A stretch of 64,000 nt of DNA, from positions 35,751-99,750 of the forward strand of contig MU004242.1 in NCBI GenBank assembly GCA_010405405.1, read 5' to 3'. A model generated the notes under the pieces. That model searched no databases. It was not told where the DNA came from and was given only the letters and a program-made list of their open reading frames with translations. The stretch comes from Microthyrium microscopicum. Lineage: Eukaryota. This document shows, piece after piece, positions 49,599-60,430 of this stretch (the first letter of the stretch is position 1; each line of letters starts with the position of its first letter). Made by a program: the position numbers and the translations under genes.

Positions 49599-52052
49599 AT
49601 GGTTTCCTCTGTGGCCAATTCAGGAACAATCACAGCTTCCAAAATGAAGATTCTCTTTCTCTGCACTGCTCACAACTCACTTTCCCAGCGCCTGTATTTG
49701 GCCTTGTCGACTTTTCACCATGTTACCATCGAATATGCGCTTTCCGAAGATGTTATGATTTCCGCGACCAAACTGGCAAATCCGGATCTGATCATATGTC
49801 CGTTTTTGACCGCGCGCGTTCCGAAAGAAGTTTATGAGAATTACATGACTTTGATTATCCATCCAGGACCACCAGGTGATGCGGGACCAAGTTCTCTGGA
49901 TTGGGTTCTTCTCGGAGACAATGGAACTGTGGATAACGCCGGAGAATTACTCAACACACTTTCTAGCGACGTTTGTCACCCAGGTAAGAATCCACTTGTT
50001 TTTATCCTCCGAAAGCCACCATCTTGATTTCGCGATGGACCCTCTTTAGCATAACTTGGCAGCTAGCGACTAGTTTTTGAGATTTTCTTCTGAAGAATGA
50101 TATCAAAAGTTTCCTGAATTTGAGGTTTGACGCGTTATATGAATGATCATCGTGCACTACCAATATTCTTGTACTAACCAATCTCAGGTCGAACGCACTG
50201 GGGAATTACTGTTCTTCAGGCAATAGAGCAGTTTGATGCAGGACCAGTGTGGGCATTCGAGCAATTCTCAATTAATATCGATCAACAGACACTGAGCAAA
50301 TCGGAGCTATATAGAGGGGCAGTGTCGCGAGCAGCAATTTCCGCAACGTTGGCTGCTGTCCGAAGAATCCAAGATATCGCATTTTCAACCCAAAAGCCTC
50401 TCACTGGACAGAGTGAGGTTGAAGGAGGTTGGTCAGCGATTGAGCTACAAATCTCCCCGGATATCAGACCTCATCCAGAGTACAAGACACTCTCCGTAGC
50501 AACCCAGGAGCCATTTCAAGGCGGCCCCACGTTTCATCGACCTCTTTTGAAGGCGGCGCAACGTGAATTCAATGTTGCTAAGCATACTGCTCAACAAATT
50601 TCCCGTCGGATTCGTTGTGGCGACTCTCAACCAGGATCACTGAGTAAAGTATTTGGCCCGGACCTTTATGTTTACGGAGGAATTGTGGAGGATTGTCCCG
50701 AGGGTCCCAATCCAGGTGCTTGTCCTGGTGCATTTCCTGGAACGGTTGTTGCAACAAGAAATTCTGCAGTTTGTATCGCAACCTGTGATGGCCGTGGAGT
50801 ATGGATCACGCACGTCCGGAGACCAAAGAAAGCCAAAGACGCAGCACTATGGCCCAAAGTCCCAGCTGTATCCGGATTAGTAGCACTTGGAGTTTTGACA
50901 GCTTCTCACGTCCAAGATTTGCAATGGGACCTTCCGAACAACTGGGCAAAATCTCCTTTCCAAACATTCCAGGAGGTTTGGATCGATTTCGTCAGCTATG
51001 CACCATCCAAACAGGCTGCATACCTCTACTTTGATTTTTATAATGGCGCTATGGCTACGGATCAATGCTCCTATCTTATCCAAGCTATGGATTATATCAT
51101 TGCGTCATCTACCTCAGATAATCCTGTTTGCGCCGTGGTTCTCATGGGGGGCCAATATTTCAGCAATGGAATTGCTCTCAATGTTATCGAAGCCAGCTCT
51201 TCGCCAGCAACGGAATCGTGGCTCAACATCAATCGCATAGATGATGTTGTACACTACTTGTTGCATGAATTTCGCAGCAGAAATATCGTTACTATCGCTG
51301 GCGTAAGAGGGAACGCAGCAGCTGGTGGAGTTGCACTCGCCGCAGCCTGTGACATTGTCGTTGCTGGCTCCGACGTTGTCCTTAATCCAGCTTATCGAGG
51401 CATCGGTCTCTATGGATCCGAATATCACTCCCTCTCCTACTCTGGCCGCTGCGGCCCCCAGAAAGCCTACCAGATACTTCGCTCAATGACACCACTCAGC
51501 CCTTTCCAAGCGCGCTCCATCGGCCTAGTCGACCACGTCTTCCCTGGCAACGGCAGTCTTCTTGACAAGCGCATACGAAACCACGTAGCAGTCATCGTAC
51601 GATCTGGCAAACTAGGCCGCATCCCATGGACAGCCAAGCAAGAACTCTCTCCCGCCGTACTAGCACAAGCACGAGCCAAAGAGCTCAGCGAAATGGCGCA
51701 AGACTTCTACAGCCCGCGATCAGTGCGCTACCACAGCCGAAGATTCAACTTTGTGCGTAAGGTCAAACCAAAGCAAACACCACTACGCTTCGCCACACAT
51801 CGACGATTCGGCGCAGATCATCTGGACGAAGAAGAGCATAATGATTTTGATGACGTTGAGCATTATCAACGACAATTCGAGCTTCAGCTTCAACATCATT
51901 TCCACATCACGTCTGGTGCCACCACTCCGTTATCAAGTACGCGAGATGCGTCAAGTATCCGCGATACCTCAAGTACTAGAGATGATTTGCATTCACCTCG
52001 AGGTAATGGCGAAACTATGTTCTCTTGCTACTATGCTCCTGTGAAGGCATAG
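49599..52052 (+). CDS. hoxX: HypX/HoxX-like formyltransferase-enoyl-CoA hydratase fusion (749 aa; intron 49984-50187)
   Basis: MKILFLCTAHNSLSQRL, PDLIICPFL, IIHPGPPGDAGPSSLDW, WGITVLQA.EQFDAGPVWA, KSELYR and IRCGDSQPG (formyltransferase half). FDFYNGAMATDQC, FSNGIALNVIEA, ESWLNINRIDD, GNAAAGGVALAAACD and LNPAY..IGLYGSEY (crotonase half). Spliced length 2250 nt is in frame. Confidence 0.93.
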
Positions 52053-52906
52053 TGTATGATCCTGTTTATTGTACCTCTTGTAATGATTATTTTGGCCACT
52101 GCATGGTGTTCGGCGTGGCCTTGTACACTTAGTTGCCAGATTGTAATTATACTCTGAATCATAACTTTCAATACTCCAATTTCCTCAATTCATGACCAAT
52201 ACTGCGCCAGGAGACGAGATTAAATCATGATTGGATAGCTTCGAGAAATCTGAACAAACCGTGCAATCGAATCCTGGGTAAACGGATCACAAGACAAGAC
52301 AGGTGGTCGAGACAGGTGGTCGCAACAAAGACTTTGGGAGGGTCCGGACACCATCAGGCTGACCACAAGGCTGAAAATCAATTTAGGTTACCGTGAAGTG
52401 GCTGGTCGACAAGGGAGCCGATATCTTCCTGGAAGATAGAGACTGGCAAGATGATGTAAAGCTGGCAATTGAACATGCCGGCGATCATACCCCCGAGAGT
52501 CCTGCAACTATCATACAATAGGTCACCCGTTCTTAACCAGAAGCGAACACAATGAATTCTTGAACCATTTAGACAGGCATGGTGTGCAGATTCAATCATA
52601 TCCAACTGCAACCTAAAGTCACTATTGAAAGCAAAAGCCGCAAGTCATATGCTGTGCGAATTGCTAGTTCGTCTCTGAAAATGTGATTAGATATTTATCT
52701 AGGCAGTTTTAATCCTATTGAGCCAACATACATCTTGCTGCCAGTGCAATCGATGGCTCTTAGAAGAAATAAAGTTATCAACGGAACTAAGGACCATAAC
52801 ATTCTTCAATTTCCATATGTAACCTACAATAAATGATTCCTAGGTCTAATCCCACATGGGTTCCCTCTTACATCAAACTTCCGAAGACACTATCCCATCC
52901 CACCGC

Positions 52907-53572
52907 CTAAGTCTCCCTAAGCCACACAAAAACCGGTGCCCCATCCTTGGATCTCACATCCCACCCAAAGTCCCTGAGAGACTTCTTCGCATTGCCATTA
53001 TCGCCCTGCGTAAACTCTATCCCCTTGTTGAACCGGCCACTGCCCGCCTCATAGAGTTCCAGCAACTTGCAACCGTTCCCGCCACCAGCTAGAGCAATCA
53101 GGTCGTTGATGCTCGTACTCGACGGAAGTGTTATGGGATCATATTCGGGGCTGTTGACTTCGTTGGCGGGATCGTAGCCTCGACGGATCACATTGACATG
53201 TGTGTTGTCCTGTGCGAAAATGTAGGTGCGCCCGGGTGGAAGGCCACCAGGCAAAACTGAGCCGGGGACGCCGTCGTTGGGGGGTGGTGGATATTGAGGT
53301 TGCTGGAAATATGCGTTGTATTGGTATGGGTATGGGGTCCAGAGCGGCATCGTGGCGGTTGGTGCTGTAACTACGGCCGTGGGTGCTGGTTCAATAACTG
53401 GAGGACAGGTTAGTGTACATGCGCTGGAGAATGGGATGGAGATGGTAGAGGGGCGCGAACAGGCATATGTTGGAGGAGCAGGTTGGACAGGATAGTAATA
53501 TATGCCAGCAGGGTCATATTCGACCAGTGTGCATAAACCGGTATCATACCGGTAGTGGTTTGGGATAGACAT
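52907..53572 (-). CDS. Fungal hypothetical protein (Pro/Tyr-rich N-terminus, globular C-terminal domain)
   Basis: Intronless ORF of ~220 codons with a folded-looking C-terminus (ELYEAGSGRFNKG...SLRDFGW...PVFVW); upstream TATA-like tataaa on the minus strand at ~53769. Confidence 0.65.
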   Translation of the reverse strand: MSIPNHYRYDTGLCTLVEYDPAGIYYYPVQPAPPTYACSRPSTISIPFSSACTLTCPPVIEPAPTAVVTAPTATMPLWTPYPYQYNAYFQQPQYPPPPNDGVPGSVLPGGLPPGRTYIFAQDNTHVNVIRRGYDPANEVNSPEYDPITLPSSTSINDLIALAGGGNGCKLLELYEAGSGRFNKGIEFTQGDNGNAKKSLRDFGWDVRSKDGAPVFVWLRET

Positions 53573-53870
53573 TGTGGAGACGTACTTTGGTTTAAGCACA
53601 AACTTGGTTGTTTATTGTGCGATATTTCGTCAAGAGGCTTTATAGGCCCAGCTGCTGATTGTGGATTGTGATAGTACAATTGATACTGTAATGGATAACT
53701 GTGGTGGATAGTGAGAAGAATTTGGTGATGTAGAGCATGGGAAGTTGGGGACGGTAGAAAGAGTTTATATAGCAGCATATTTGGAGATTTGACTTGCGCC
53801 AGGTCAGTCATCTTAAGCTGTGACCGCTCCTAATCTTTCATGGTGCTAAACCGCTGGCCTTTTGGCCAGT

Positions 53871-54195
53871 TGATGGTGAATGAAGCCCCTAGAGTCTATG
53901 GACAGCTGGGAATTGACTGCATCGTCGTTTGACACCAACAACAATGACATTGCTTGGTGCTGTGACCTCTCCCATTTCCCCAGCCGTTTGGATATTGTGT
54001 TGGCCGATTGATGGTGAGTGATATCCATGAGCCAGAATCTGCCAGTGCGCGAGCAGTCCAGAGAGTTCAGTGTGAGCAATGAATTGGCTGTATCATCATT
54101 TGACACTGACAATGCTGATACTATACCATGCAGTGACCTCTCCCGATCTCCCAAGTAGCTGAAACGATAGCCTCTTAGCTGCTTGATGGTGAACG
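53871..54195. repeat. Diverged tandem duplication (~170-bp period)
   Basis: gaattgactgcatcgtcgtttgacac (53910) versus gaattggctgtatcatcatttgacac (54081); gtgacctctccc occurs twice; tgatggtga occurs three times. Confidence 0.7.
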
Positions 54196-54642
54196 ATAGT
54201 TGTACATCTGGCATCTATCATACACTTCACTGCCGCACCACGAGGCCTGCCTGTGTTATCAGCGCAGAAGATTAGGTATTTCGACATTTGTAGCCAATGC
54301 TCGCTTAGAACTCCAGTGGAAAATTTTAGTGTTCTGCTAATCGTGGCATAGGCAGTTCCGTTGGTAACTTCAGTGAAATGAACGAGAACAGTTCGCCTGC
54401 AGTTCTGCTCCTTTCAACAGTCTCCGGAGCATATTGTTGGCCGTATGTCGATTGTAAGTGCGTGATCGTAGCTCGGAACTGTTTGGAGATAAAATGAAGC
54501 ACAGACACGATGGAAGTTCGCAGAATTGAAAAGACCATGGGTAGAGAGTTCGTGAGTGGTAAAGTTCGTGAGCGGTAAAAATCGCAGATGTATGCAGGCG
54601 GTGGGTTGTGTTCGAATGTTTGTATTAATATGGTACATAAGC

Positions 54643-57531
54643 CTAAGAGGACTGACTGATCAGCGCCAAACTCTCATATATCCTTGTTCTCACAATATCA
54701 AAAGTAGAATCAGTGATTGAGAAGCCTGGAAGACCGATGACTGCTTCTACTTCAATCTTGCCCACAGCAGACTTGCGCACCACCACCTGCCCATTGACCA
54801 GTAAAGTTCCCTCTCCACGGAACTCTGCACCAACGCCCATTGATTGCATCCGTCGCCGTAGGTCAGAAAGTCGGACATCACCAACGTGCAAAGGGCGCGC
54901 AACGACGCGTGTGGCTGATAGAGCGGCAGTGCTGGCAACAACATCAAGCACGGGAACAGTTTCAACTTCTGCGTCGTTTGCATCTGTAGTCACTTCCGTG
55001 CTGGTGGTGGTGATGGCTTTGCTTGCGGGGTCACCTTTCAGTCGTTTGGCTTGATGTTGTGGCTGCGCAAGAGTGATGGCCATAGCTTTCAGCTGGCCAC
55101 TTAATGGGTAAACGCCCAAACTGCCCACCATCTGCCATTTGATGTTACCGAGCGCATCACTGAGCTTGACGTTCCAGGCGTTTGTGTCTACGCTGGCGTT
55201 GAGTGTTTCTCCCACTGCCGGAGTGAACACTTCAGATGCGTTATCTCCAGAACTTGTATCAGTGTCAAGAAGCTTTTCGCACTCCGCTTGAAGTGCCATA
55301 GTTTCCTCAGGGTCACCGCCAGTCAACACCAGTTTGCGTGGACGAATGAGTGGAATCAGCATCTGCATGCTTCTTCTGTCATGCAAACCGCTAAAGTCGG
55401 CGTGAGCAAGCCTCATGTTAATGGTGATAGTCTTGGTTTCGTAGACGACTTTGACAGGCCCTTCAGGTTTTTCCGGTGCCTCATCATCACTGTCAGAATC
55501 ATCCCCGAATTCAGTGCCATTTCCCATGGTATCGTAACCCGAGTCTGTATAAACACCATCATCTTGTGTCTTGCCCGAGACCTTTCTCTTCTTGGATGAG
55601 CCATTGATATCGATCGCTGCTGTGAGATTGGTTTGGCTAAGTTGTCCCCATTTACGCTTTTGCCCCATCTCAACCTCCTTACTACTCTTGTGGGCTTTTT
55701 GGTCGTTGGCCAAATTCTCACGTTCTTCAGCTCGTAGATAATCATCGGGTCGAATGATTTCACCATATTCGTCTGATCGCTGAGCTTTTTTGGGCGGCAT
55801 TATGGGAAACATGCGTTCTCGACCACGCTTGCCACGGACATCGTAATCGTAGTGACCTTTTCGACGAATAAGAATATCAATACCCAGCTCCGCATCAGTC
55901 AGTCCAGCCTTGTGTCGAGCGGAGCTTAAGTTGGTAGTGACGTTGAGAACCTTTCCTTGCTGCTCATCGTCGGATTCTTCAGATTCGTCGGATGAAGATG
56001 AGGCATTATCATCAATGGCATCGTCCACGCCTGGACGGAGATTTGTAGCTTTGTCAGCATCGATTGTCCACTGTTTTTGTCGCTCCGCTGCTAGATACTG
56101 TTGATATAGAATGGTTTCGTTTTCTCCCAGTTTTTCCATTTTCGCATGGGTAAAGGAAATCGATTGGCCAGCAGTTTCCACGACGGCGTCTGGGTCAATT
56201 TCGCCATTTGCTTTAGCGAGGGAACTGTCATCGCACCAAAGGTTCCAGAGAGTATGGCTAATGCTTTCGCGCCCAGTAGGAGTTTGCGTAATTGGTTGTG
56301 AAAGAACCACAAGATTTTGTTCGTTGGCACAAAACTCGTCAAAGAAAGTTCTGGCATGACCCCATTCTAATGAAAGATCTGAAGCGAGAATGACTTTGGG
56401 GCCGCTTTGCGCCATCATTTTCTTGATCTGTCGGGCCTTTTCGACGAAGCGTAGATGTTTGAAATCGAATGGCGTTTTGATATCCTGTTGATTTTGGTTT
56501 CTGTTGTCCTGGCCGAGAGATTCAAATTCGCGCACAATATCGGGATCCATCCATTCAAGCATTGATTTCGCATGTCTCATTGTCAATCCCGCAGAAGCAC
56601 TGGCAAAATAGAGGCTTGCATTCTTTAAAGAGTCTGTGTTCTCTGGTCCAGACTTTTCATCGTTCCAGGTGTTTTCAAGGAAATAGGCCAACTCGAGGGA
56701 GCGAGCACAAGAATCAGATGGGATGAGGACAGAACCACCATTTGAAATTGTAGTTTTGATAAGATTGATCAGATGGCTATCTCGTTGTTCGCGAGGAAAC
56801 ATGACGCGTTGAGAACATCGGCTGCTACATATGAGGGCAGTAGGCCTTCTCAAGCTCTCAATGACCTCGGTACCACCAGCAGAAAGCCACGCAGCGGCTA
56901 AAAGGGCCGTTTCTTTGGCTTGATTCCAATCGACAGCGTAGACTATGGACTCGAGGTCATGCTGAATGTGCCATATTGTACCACCCAACGAATGACCTGC
57001 GCTGTAGGCTGTGATTGTGAGGCCGTTCAATGGCGGGGAGGATGGCGAAGCTTCCGGTTCGAATGGCTGAGAGAACTTGAGAGGGCGAATGAGATTAAAG
57101 TATTCGGTGATATCCTCATTGGTAGGTGGTTGGTGTAGCATATTAGGCACTGGCCCTTTGGCTTGCGAGGGATTGTAAAAGGCATCTTGAGGGATAGTTG
57201 ATGCGGCGATTGGATTGGTGGCGTAGATATCCTGAAGTAAGGCCCGTCCCAGGGATATGACTGGCACAGTGGCGTATACGGGGATTGATTTGAATTGAGG
57301 AAAGTGTTTGCAACAATGAGCAAATGCGCCTAGATGAGAAGTGGTCGCATGTGTGAGGAGGATAAGGGAGATGCTCGGAACGTGGGATTCGAGAGATTTG
57401 AGTAGGGAAGCATCGAAACTTTCATCCCAGCCGACATCCACGAGAATATTGATGCCTGCTTCTAGTTGTAAGAGTGATATTGAGGCAGAGGAGGAGGATC
57501 TGGCGCCTAGAAGGGAGGTAAAGTTGAACAT
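54643..57531 (-). CDS. CFT2: Cleavage and polyadenylation specificity factor subunit 2 (CPSF100/Cft2)
   Basis: MFNFTSLLGA start; ILVDVGWDESFD; ILLTHATTSHLGAF; AGHSLGGTIWHIQHDLESIVYAVDWNQ; DFSGLHD.RS; LHVGDVRLSDLR..M....AEFRGEGTL. Intronless. Confidence 0.96.
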   Translation of the reverse strand: MFNFTSLLGARSSSSASISLLQLEAGINILVDVGWDESFDASLLKSLESHVPSISLILLTHATTSHLGAFAHCCKHFPQFKSIPVYATVPVISLGRALLQDIYATNPIAASTIPQDAFYNPSQAKGPVPNMLHQPPTNEDITEYFNLIRPLKFSQPFEPEASPSSPPLNGLTITAYSAGHSLGGTIWHIQHDLESIVYAVDWNQAKETALLAAAWLSAGGTEVIESLRRPTALICSSRCSQRVMFPREQRDSHLINLIKTTISNGGSVLIPSDSCARSLELAYFLENTWNDEKSGPENTDSLKNASLYFASASAGLTMRHAKSMLEWMDPDIVREFESLGQDNRNQNQQDIKTPFDFKHLRFVEKARQIKKMMAQSGPKVILASDLSLEWGHARTFFDEFCANEQNLVVLSQPITQTPTGRESISHTLWNLWCDDSSLAKANGEIDPDAVVETAGQSISFTHAKMEKLGENETILYQQYLAAERQKQWTIDADKATNLRPGVDDAIDDNASSSSDESEESDDEQQGKVLNVTTNLSSARHKAGLTDAELGIDILIRRKGHYDYDVRGKRGRERMFPIMPPKKAQRSDEYGEIIRPDDYLRAEERENLANDQKAHKSSKEVEMGQKRKWGQLSQTNLTAAIDINGSSKKRKVSGKTQDDGVYTDSGYDTMGNGTEFGDDSDSDDEAPEKPEGPVKVVYETKTITINMRLAHADFSGLHDRRSMQMLIPLIRPRKLVLTGGDPEETMALQAECEKLLDTDTSSGDNASEVFTPAVGETLNASVDTNAWNVKLSDALGNIKWQMVGSLGVYPLSGQLKAMAITLAQPQHQAKRLKGDPASKAITTTSTEVTTDANDAEVETVPVLDVVASTAALSATRVVARPLHVGDVRLSDLRRRMQSMGVGAEFRGEGTLLVNGQVVVRKSAVGKIEVEAVIGLPGFSITDSTFDIVRTRIYESLALISQSS

Positions 57532-58369
57532 CGGATTGGACGGGGCATTTGAAATCAATGGCCAAGGCGAGAAGTGATGGCTATGCGGGAAGACAGAGAA
57601 GCTCGATAGTGGTAATGCGATGGTCGAATGGTAGAGAAGTGTATGAGGATGCGACGGCGATGTGAAGAAAGTTGGTGATGCTCGAGACGGAAGAAGTTGG
57701 GATGGTGTTGAGTTCGGTCACGATAATTAGGCAGTCGCGAAGCCTCTAGCCTACTCTGAGTAGGTCGGAAGGAGTGACAAAGGCAGGAGCAACCAACTGG
57801 TAATCGCGTGGCAGCAAAGGTCAGTCGCAATGCACAAAGAAGGAAGTCGCGAAGTTGGTGTTTTGGCAAGAGCTCCATCATCCAATCCACATTTGGCTTA
57901 GCTCCCATGCTTCCAGTCTGGCTGCCTTGGCTCCTAACCATACACTGTCGATGCCTGAAACTCAACTCTATCAACATCCATATCTTCTATCTTCTCCTAT
58001 CAATAACATCCTCAAGAGATTTATTGAGTTTGCTTATGGTCGTTGCGGAAGTCATCTGAAGGGCGAGACAAACAGCGTTCCCCGTTGAATCCCGATCTTA
58101 ACATCGACTAGGTACAATTGACGACCCTTCATTATCTGATGCTCACTCGTATCGATTACATCAAAAGCGAATACCGCGATAGCATCTTCTCTTTACAGAA
58201 CTTGCGAGGCATTATTGATTTCGATGGCTCAGAAGGATGTCTTCGCCTCGCTCTTCACGAGTTTCATAGTCGACAGCAACTTTGGCATGCGATAAGCTTC
58301 TACTTCTGTCAGAAATACTTACGGGCGAAGCATCAGAAAATAACTCGTCTAGGTGGCTGCTGCTGCATA

Positions 58370-58800
58370 CTGAAATCATCGCCATGTTTTCCATGTCCGC
58401 AGTGCGAGCTTTCTGGGACTTCCGAACAATGGAGTTTTTCCACTTGTAGCCATGTGGCCCGAAGTTTGCTGTCAACGGGCAGAATGTTTTAGATCATAGC
58501 GACTGGTGGACACTCACTATTATCATCATCGCCATCTCTTCACGCAATACGAATGCTCTGGGTCTTTTGAAGAAGAACAATGGTGTCCTTCCACTTCCAG
58601 CCATGGCCCGAAGTTTTGCTGTCAACGGGCAGAATGTTTTAGATCATAGCGATTTCGGTGGGCACTCACTATCATCATCGCCATCTTCTCACGCAATACG
58701 GACGCTCTGGGTCTTCCGAAAAAGAACAATGGAGTCCTTCCACTTCCAGCCATGGCCCGAAGTTTTGCTGTCATCGGGAAGGTTGTTTCGGATCTTGGCG
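58370..58800. repeat. Tandem repeat of ~150-bp units, about three copies
   Basis: gaacaatgg at 58424, 58575 and 58724; shared blocks ggcccgaagttt(t)gctgtca and atcatcgccat; small indels between units. Confidence 0.9.
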
Positions 58801-60430
58801 ATCTCAGCATTGAAACAATTCGCATCCACCCATGATTCCTTCAAATTTACTGGTTGTCGATGCTGCAGGTCAACCTCACATTAGACTAGGACTTGCATCG
58901 CTTGAGAATATAGGTGGTTTCGTTTGACATGATTGTCTTTCACCCTCAGCAACGTGCTACGGAGGCCTTTCCATTATGATGCTTCTTTGCATGCTTCTAT
59001 TGTTCCACAACGATTCCATGGCTTACGCTATCAGCTTTGCTTCCTGCTGTTTATGCGATCTCCCCCTCCATGCCAGATATGACTTGATCAAGTTTTACAA
59101 CAGAATCTTCACCACTACCAATGCTCAAGTGAGTGTTTGATAGGCTCAAAGGAGATACCAAGTCCTTACCTGATACTATAAACATACGAAATGGATTATA
59201 CGGCTCAGGTTCGGTCATAGCCTTCCCTTTTGGAACCTCAGTCCGCAGTATTTATTTCCAGTCATTTCTCGAGCTCTTGCCGGCTCAAATGCGCTGTGCA
59301 GCTGCAAAACATTGGACTTCTTCTTTATGCAACCAAACATAACCCTATGGCAGTGCGAAAGGCCTGTCAGAAAGGCCTATACGCCGCTATCAACCATGCT
59401 GGTGATCTCTTCGTGTGGAGGTAGGCGAGCAGTATTTCCAAAGTCGTTTCAATTCTGTTCAACAATACTTTACAGGCCATTGTATCCAATCTGTCTGGCA
59501 TACACTTGTTGTTCAAGAGAGCAATTGAGGATGCTAGCTGCCCTTGTATCACATCATGTAATCCTGGCTTCCCATGAGCTTCCAGATTTCACTTGTCTCG
59601 TGTGCCTGTCTAGGGCATTACGAGAAGAAGCTAAGCAGTGAGAGTCTATCTCCACATCAGTTCGTACACCGACTTCCCATGCTGCCTTAAACCCAGTATC
59701 ACATCCCCACAAGCTGTCATTGATAAACATGCAAGTTAGGAAGTATTTGAATTGAATCGCCATTATTCGGCCCTTTCTCTTCATCTTACCATCCTCTTCT
59801 CTTGTCTGGCACTGGCCATCAAGCCTAAATTAGAAAGTGGTTCATTCATGCAGGAACAACTCCAGCTTTCTACATAAATATATACGCTTCATATCTGAAC
59901 AACAATGTTCAAATCCAATCTTCAATTCACCTTTCGTGCTCTCGGAAGTACCGTCACTGTTTCTATCAGCTAAAAATGTTCTGTTGGATAGTACTCCAAA
60001 TATGCCCCTATCTTCCTGTCTTTGTAGGCGCCTTACACAGAGATCTTTAGGGCAGCGAAGACTACAGTTTGGCAGTCGAATGTTTCCTCGCATATTCCGA
60101 ACTTCTCCTTATACTCTAGCAGCCAATCCTCTTCTGATGTTTCTTACTTCCCATGTGCGCAAAAATATTCGAGCAATGCAAACATGTCTGAGAGCCCTTG
60201 AGCCAAACGGTTTCGCGGCCATGATACACGGCTCTTCCGTGTACAACAATACTGCCGCCTTATAGATAATACTTCTAGAACTCGCACCGAAGAAAAAGCA
60301 ATTTTCAAGAACCACTCGAACTACGGACCGTCAAAACCCTGTGCTGGTCCATTGCTATCGATCCAATACAAACCTGGCTGTCTCACCTCAATACTGATGT
60401 CCCCTACCATGGCCTAAATTCGGACTCGAG

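Noticed and set aside
51930..51985. 18-bp repeats (SSTRDA/SSIRDT/SSTRDD) in the HypX C-terminal tail
   Set aside because: A short low-complexity expansion outside the conserved domains; little evidence of function.
40924..52052. Bacterial contamination explaining the PptH-like and HypX-like genes
   Set aside because: They are contiguous with intron-containing fungal genes, and the HypX-like gene itself has a spliceosomal intron.
58370..58800. CRISPR-like array
   Set aside because: Whole units are repeated with no unique spacers, there are no cas genes, and the context is eukaryotic.
57555..60320. Numerous 60-140 aa ORFs between CFT2 and the PTH11-like gene
   Set aside because: Overlapping on both strands, often with non-ATG starts, and no domains; treated as chance ORFs.
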